A stretch of 64,000 bases of DNA from Desulfobacterales bacterium. GTDB lineage: Bacteria; Desulfobacterota; Desulfobulbia; Desulfobulbales; BM004. The stretch is taken from NCBI GenBank assembly GCA_021647905.1, contig JAKITW010000004.1, forward strand, positions 2,123 through 66,122. The letters run 5' to 3'. Positions 60,290-64,000 of this stretch are shown here, one piece after another (the first letter of the stretch is position 1; each line of letters starts with the position of its first letter). A model generated the notes under the pieces. It made no database searches and was not told the origin of the DNA. It worked only from the letters and a program-made list of their open reading frames with translations. Position numbers and translations under genes: made by a program.

Positions 60290-62062
60290 ATGACTGAAAA
60301 ATCCTTAAACAACTCAGCCGAAGAAGCCGGCGCATCCACAGAGAACGACATGGAAATGGGCTTCGCAGACCTCTTTGAAATGGAGGAAAACAGCGCGGTC
60401 AGCAAGGTCGGCGACGTGCTGATGGGCACGGTGGTCGGCGTGGTCGATGAACATGTGCTGATCGATATCGGCGACAAGGCTGAAAGCTACGTCCCCATCT
60501 CCGAGTTCAAAAGCGAAGGCGGCGAACCTGAAATTCAGGTCGGCGACACCTTTGAAGTATTTGTTGAGAAGAGAAAAGAAGAGGGCGGCCTGCTGCTCTC
60601 CCGGGAAAAGGCCATCGGCATCAAGGTCTGGGAGGCCATTGCCAAGATCCAGGCCGCGGACGGCACCATTGAGGGCCGGATCGAAAGCCGGGTCAAGGGC
60701 GGCATGTCCGTTGACCTCGGGGTCCCCGCCTTCCTGCCCTACTCACAGATTGATCTCCGTCCGGTAAAGGATCTGGACGCTTTGATAAACCAGACCTTTG
60801 AGTTCAAGATCCTCAAGTTCAACCGCAAGCGGAACAACGTGGTCATCTCCCGCCGGGTAATCCTTGAGGAAGAGCGGAACGCCAAACGGGAAGAGATGCG
60901 CTCCACCCTCAAGGAGGGCATGACCATCAAGGGTAATGTGACCAATATCACCGATTACGGCCTGTTCATCGACCTGGGCGGCATGGACGGCCTCTGCCAT
61001 ATCACCGACCTCTCCTGGGGCCGGGTTTCCCATCCCTCCCGGCTCTACAAGGTCGGCGACGAAATCGAGGTCAAGGTTCTCAAGTATGACCGGGAGAACG
61101 ACCGGGTCTCCCTGGGGGTCAAGCAACTCAAGGACGATCCCTGGGCCACGGTCACCGAGCGCTACCCGGTGGGCTCCAAGACCACCGGCAAGGTGGTGAG
61201 CATCACCGATTACGGGGCCTTTGTCGAGATTGAGGAGGGAGTGGAGGGGCTGATCCATATCTCCGAGATGACCTGGTCCAAGAAGCCGCGCCATCCCTCG
61301 AAGATGGTCTCGGTCGGCGACCTGGTCGAGGTGCTGGTGCTCAACATCGAGACCGAGACCAAGCGGATCTCCCTGGGGATGAAACAGCTGCAGCCCAACC
61401 CCTGGGACCTGGTGGTGGAGAACTACCCGGTGGGCTCGATCATCGAAGGCAAGATCAAGAACATCACTGATTTCGGCATCTTCATCGGCATCGAGGAGGG
61501 CATCGACGGCCTGATCCATGTCTCCGACCTCTCCTGGACCGAGCGGATCAAACACCCGTCCGAGAAATACGCCAAGGCCGAGACCATCCAGGCCGTGGTG
61601 TTGAAGATCGACCGGGAGAACGAGCGCTTCTCCCTGGGGGTCAAGCAACTGGAGCCGGATCCCTGGCAGACGGCCATGGAAAAATACCCGCTGGGCACCA
61701 CGGTGGAAGGCCGGATCACCAATGTCACCGACTTCGGGGTCTTTGTCCAGTTGGAAGAGGGCGTCGAAGGGCTGGTGCATGTTTCCGAGATCAGCAAGGA
61801 GAAGGTCAATACCCCGGTGGGCATGTACACCGTGGGCGATCCCCTGCGAGTAATGGTCATCAACGTCTCGGCCAAGGACCGGAAGATCGGCCTGTCGATC
61901 AAGGCCCTTGAGGAGGGCGTTGACCAGGGCTCCTACGATGATTACAAGAAGAAGCAGACCAGCGGGCCTTCCACCATCGGCGACCTCCTCAAGGAGGCCA
62001 GCGAAAATCGGGAGACCAAGGAACAGACCGTGTCCGCCGACGCGGAAGAAAACAAGGAATAG
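60290..62062 (+). CDS. rpsA: 30S ribosomal protein S1 (six S1 domains)
   Basis: Six repeats of the G..V.G.V..I..+G.FV.L pattern over 590 aa. Confidence 0.97.
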   Translation: MTEKSLNNSAEEAGASTENDMEMGFADLFEMEENSAVSKVGDVLMGTVVGVVDEHVLIDIGDKAESYVPISEFKSEGGEPEIQVGDTFEVFVEKRKEEGGLLLSREKAIGIKVWEAIAKIQAADGTIEGRIESRVKGGMSVDLGVPAFLPYSQIDLRPVKDLDALINQTFEFKILKFNRKRNNVVISRRVILEEERNAKREEMRSTLKEGMTIKGNVTNITDYGLFIDLGGMDGLCHITDLSWGRVSHPSRLYKVGDEIEVKVLKYDRENDRVSLGVKQLKDDPWATVTERYPVGSKTTGKVVSITDYGAFVEIEEGVEGLIHISEMTWSKKPRHPSKMVSVGDLVEVLVLNIETETKRISLGMKQLQPNPWDLVVENYPVGSIIEGKIKNITDFGIFIGIEEGIDGLIHVSDLSWTERIKHPSEKYAKAETIQAVVLKIDRENERFSLGVKQLEPDPWQTAMEKYPLGTTVEGRITNVTDFGVFVQLEEGVEGLVHVSEISKEKVNTPVGMYTVGDPLRVMVINVSAKDRKIGLSIKALEEGVDQGSYDDYKKKQTSGPSTIGDLLKEASENRETKEQTVSADAEENKE

Positions 62063-62079
62063 CGGCCAAGCCGCCTGTC

Positions 62080-62991
62080 ATGCAACTCCGTCGGCAACAT
62101 CCGGTTCTTTTGGGGCTCTTCATCCTGGCCGGGATATTCTTCCTTTTTGCCGGAGGAATATCCCTGCTTGTTTCATCGCTGACCAGCCGCAACGGTACCG
62201 CCGCGCTGTTCAGCAGCACCAACGGGATCGGCGTTGTTGAACTCAAGGGGCTGATCACCTCTCCGGAAGAGACCATTGCCATACTCACCGATTTCCGGCG
62301 CAACGACAAGATCAGGGCCATCGTTCTCCGGGTCGACAGCCCCGGCGGAGCGGTGGGTGCGGCCCAGGAGATCTATGCGGAGGTAAGGCGCACCAATAAA
62401 GTCAAGCCGGTGATCGCCTCCATGGGCTCGGTGGCCGCTTCGGGCGGATACTATGCCGCCATCGGCGCGGCCCGGATCTTTGCCAGCCCGGGCACCATCA
62501 CCGGCAGCATCGGGGTGATCGTCAAGTTCGCCAACCTGAAAGAACTGTTCGCCAAGATCGGTTACAAGAGCGATGTGGTCAAAAGCGGCGCGCTCAAGGA
62601 CATCGGCGCCACAAACCGGCCGATGAGTCCTGCGGAACGCGCGCTGCTCCAGGGGGTGGTCGACTCCATTCACAGCCAGTTTGTTCTGGATGTGGTCGAG
62701 CAAAGGGCCCTGCCGGAAAAAAAGGTGCGGGAACTGGCCGACGGCCGGATCTTCAGCGGCCAGCAGGCCCTGGAGCTGGGGATGATCGACGAACTGGGCA
62801 ATTTCACCGATGCGGTACTGGCGGCCGCCCGGCTTGGCGGGGTGCCGGGAAACGAGACCCCGGAGTTGATATATCCTGAACACCGGACAACGCTGCTCGA
62901 CCTGATTGCAACCAAAACACCCTTAAAGATACTGGATTCCATTCTGCAAACACAGCCGGTTCTCGCTTACCAATGGACCGGAATCCAATAA
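62080..62991 (+). CDS. sppA: Signal peptide peptidase SppA (36K type)
   Basis: An N-terminal TM helix, RVDSPGG, ASMGSVAASGGYYAA (the catalytic Ser) and GSIGV. Confidence 0.9.
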   Translation: MQLRRQHPVLLGLFILAGIFFLFAGGISLLVSSLTSRNGTAALFSSTNGIGVVELKGLITSPEETIAILTDFRRNDKIRAIVLRVDSPGGAVGAAQEIYAEVRRTNKVKPVIASMGSVAASGGYYAAIGAARIFASPGTITGSIGVIVKFANLKELFAKIGYKSDVVKSGALKDIGATNRPMSPAERALLQGVVDSIHSQFVLDVVEQRALPEKKVRELADGRIFSGQQALELGMIDELGNFTDAVLAAARLGGVPGNETPELIYPEHRTTLLDLIATKTPLKILDSILQTQPVLAYQWTGIQ

Positions 62992-63008
62992 CGTAAAGAT
63001 AAAAGGCC

Positions 63009-63296
63009 ATGCTGAAAAGAGACCTGATTAACAAAGTTACCGCGCAACTTGACGGCTATCTGAAAAAAGATATTGAGCAAGTTATTGACATTATTTTAGA
63101 AACCATGGCCGACGCCCTGAACCAGGGCCGGCGGGTGGAGATTCGCGGCTTTGGCAGTTTTGCGGTCCGGCAACGGAAGGCCCGCAAGACCAAGAATCCG
63201 AAGACCGGGACGATCATGGATATCCCGGCCCGCAAGACCCTGCATTTTACCATGAGCAAATCGCTGAAAGAGTCCCTGGTAAAGGCGGCGGAATAA
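63009..63296 (+). CDS. ihfB: Integration host factor beta subunit (HU/IHF family)
   Basis: IEIRGFGSF-type motif (VEIRGFGSFAVRQRKARKTKNPKTG). Its position downstream of rpsA matches the classical rpsA-ihfB linkage. Confidence 0.8.
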   Translation: MLKRDLINKVTAQLDGYLKKDIEQVIDIILETMADALNQGRRVEIRGFGSFAVRQRKARKTKNPKTGTIMDIPARKTLHFTMSKSLKESLVKAAE

Positions 63297-63330
63297 AACA
63301 GGCCCGCCGGCCGGGACCCAGGGGCCGGCC

Positions 63331-63945
63331 TTAACCGAGAAACGGCCCCACGTCGCCCTTGCCGGACCGCAACACCTCGGGCCGGTTTTCGATCAGGGCA
63401 ATCACCGTGGACGGGTCGGGATAGACCCGGCCGCCGTCAATGACCAGGTCCACCAGTTTGCCCAGGAGTTGCTCGAACTCAAAGGCCTCGGAACAAGGTG
63501 AAGCCTCTGGATCAAGGATGGCGCTGGTGGTGACAATGGGGTTGCCCAGTTCCTCGACCAGGGCCAGGCAGATCCGGTTGTCCGGAACCCTGATACCGAC
63601 TGTCTTCTGCTTGGTGACCATGATCCTGGGTACCAGTTTGGTGGCGGGCAGGACAAAGGTGTAGTGGCCGGGCAGATGTTTTTTCATCAGCCGGTAGGCG
63701 GTATTGGAGACATACCCGTAATCGCTGACATTCTTGAGGCTGGAGCACATGAAGCTGAAGGGCTTGTGCTTTGGCCTCTTTTTGATTTGGAAGATCCGTT
63801 TCACCGCCTTCTGGTTGAAGATATCGCAGCCAATGCCGTAAACAGTGTCCGTGGGATAACAGATGACCGCGCCGCTCCTGAGCTTATCCGCCATCTGGCG
63901 GATAAGACGCGGCTGAGGATTATCAGGGTTGATATTGAGCAACAT
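63331..63945 (-). CDS. tsaC: L-threonylcarbamoyladenylate synthase (TsaC/YrdC family)
   Basis: VICYPTDTVYGIGCD ... IFQIKKRP..KPFSFM ... PATKLVP ... GIRVPD ... TSA. Confidence 0.9.
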   Translation of the reverse strand: MLLNINPDNPQPRLIRQMADKLRSGAVICYPTDTVYGIGCDIFNQKAVKRIFQIKKRPKHKPFSFMCSSLKNVSDYGYVSNTAYRLMKKHLPGHYTFVLPATKLVPRIMVTKQKTVGIRVPDNRICLALVEELGNPIVTTSAILDPEASPCSEAFEFEQLLGKLVDLVIDGGRVYPDPSTVIALIENRPEVLRSGKGDVGPFLG

Positions 63946-63979
63946 AAGGGTTGTGGTCGTCTCAAGATCGGGTTGAAGG

Positions 63980-63991
63980 GTAAGCGTTTGC
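63980..63991 (-). promoter_or_regulatory. Degenerate copy of the motif (ccctGCAAACGCTTACc on the minus strand), 34 nt upstream of the tsaC ATG
   Basis: Two to three mismatches to GGTGAACGGTTAC. The CCC prefix and the orientation toward the downstream gene are the same as in other copies. Confidence 0.3.
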
Positions 63992-64000
63992 AGGGCAGGA

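Overview
This is a 64-kb chromosomal window of about 60% GC. Its gene content points to an anaerobic Desulfobacterota (Desulfobulbales-like) genome; that is an inference from content, not a database hit. I call about 60 protein-coding genes and found no rRNA, tRNA, CRISPR array, transposase or integrase.

Most genes are housekeeping:
- Nucleotide and central metabolism: purF, purQ, pyrG, sucCD, and a class II DAHP synthase.
- Envelope and LPS: kdsA-kdsC-lptC, kdsD, mprF, a fused secDF, and sppA.
- Information processing: dnaG-dprA, hrpB, rpsA-sppA-ihfB, rsmE, dtd, tsaC.
- Anaerobe-specific modules: a fused MetF-MetV methylene-THF reductase, AcsE-like methyltransferase plus the corrinoid activase RACo, and hypB-hypF-hypD.
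- Metal handling: CooT plus a His6-tailed protein, LarB next to a CDF transporter, and MntP next to a Spy/ZraP-like protein.

No classical defence island or prophage is visible. The observations most worth follow-up are:
1. A four-gene minus-strand cassette at 43418-48721. A tetraheme cytochrome c sits 2 nt upstream of a 1100-aa hybrid kinase that carries three separate candidate redox-sensing modules, followed by two further receiver proteins.
2. A 100-nt MITE with 9-bp target-site duplications, present in four copies.
3. A second dispersed repeat family (R1) of about 95-100 nt, present in five copies, with conserved arms and an internal hairpin.
4. A recurring intergenic motif, CCC-GGTGAACGGTTAC, oriented toward the downstream gene.
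5. A 50-codon upstream ORF coupled by an ATGA overlap to a rhomboid protease gene.
6. An orphan LsrF-like gene paired with a Zn-dependent dehydrogenase.

Many long ORFs in the six-frame track are antisense shadow ORFs, as expected in high-GC DNA, and were rejected. All functional calls rest on motif recognition in the supplied translations. No searches were run.
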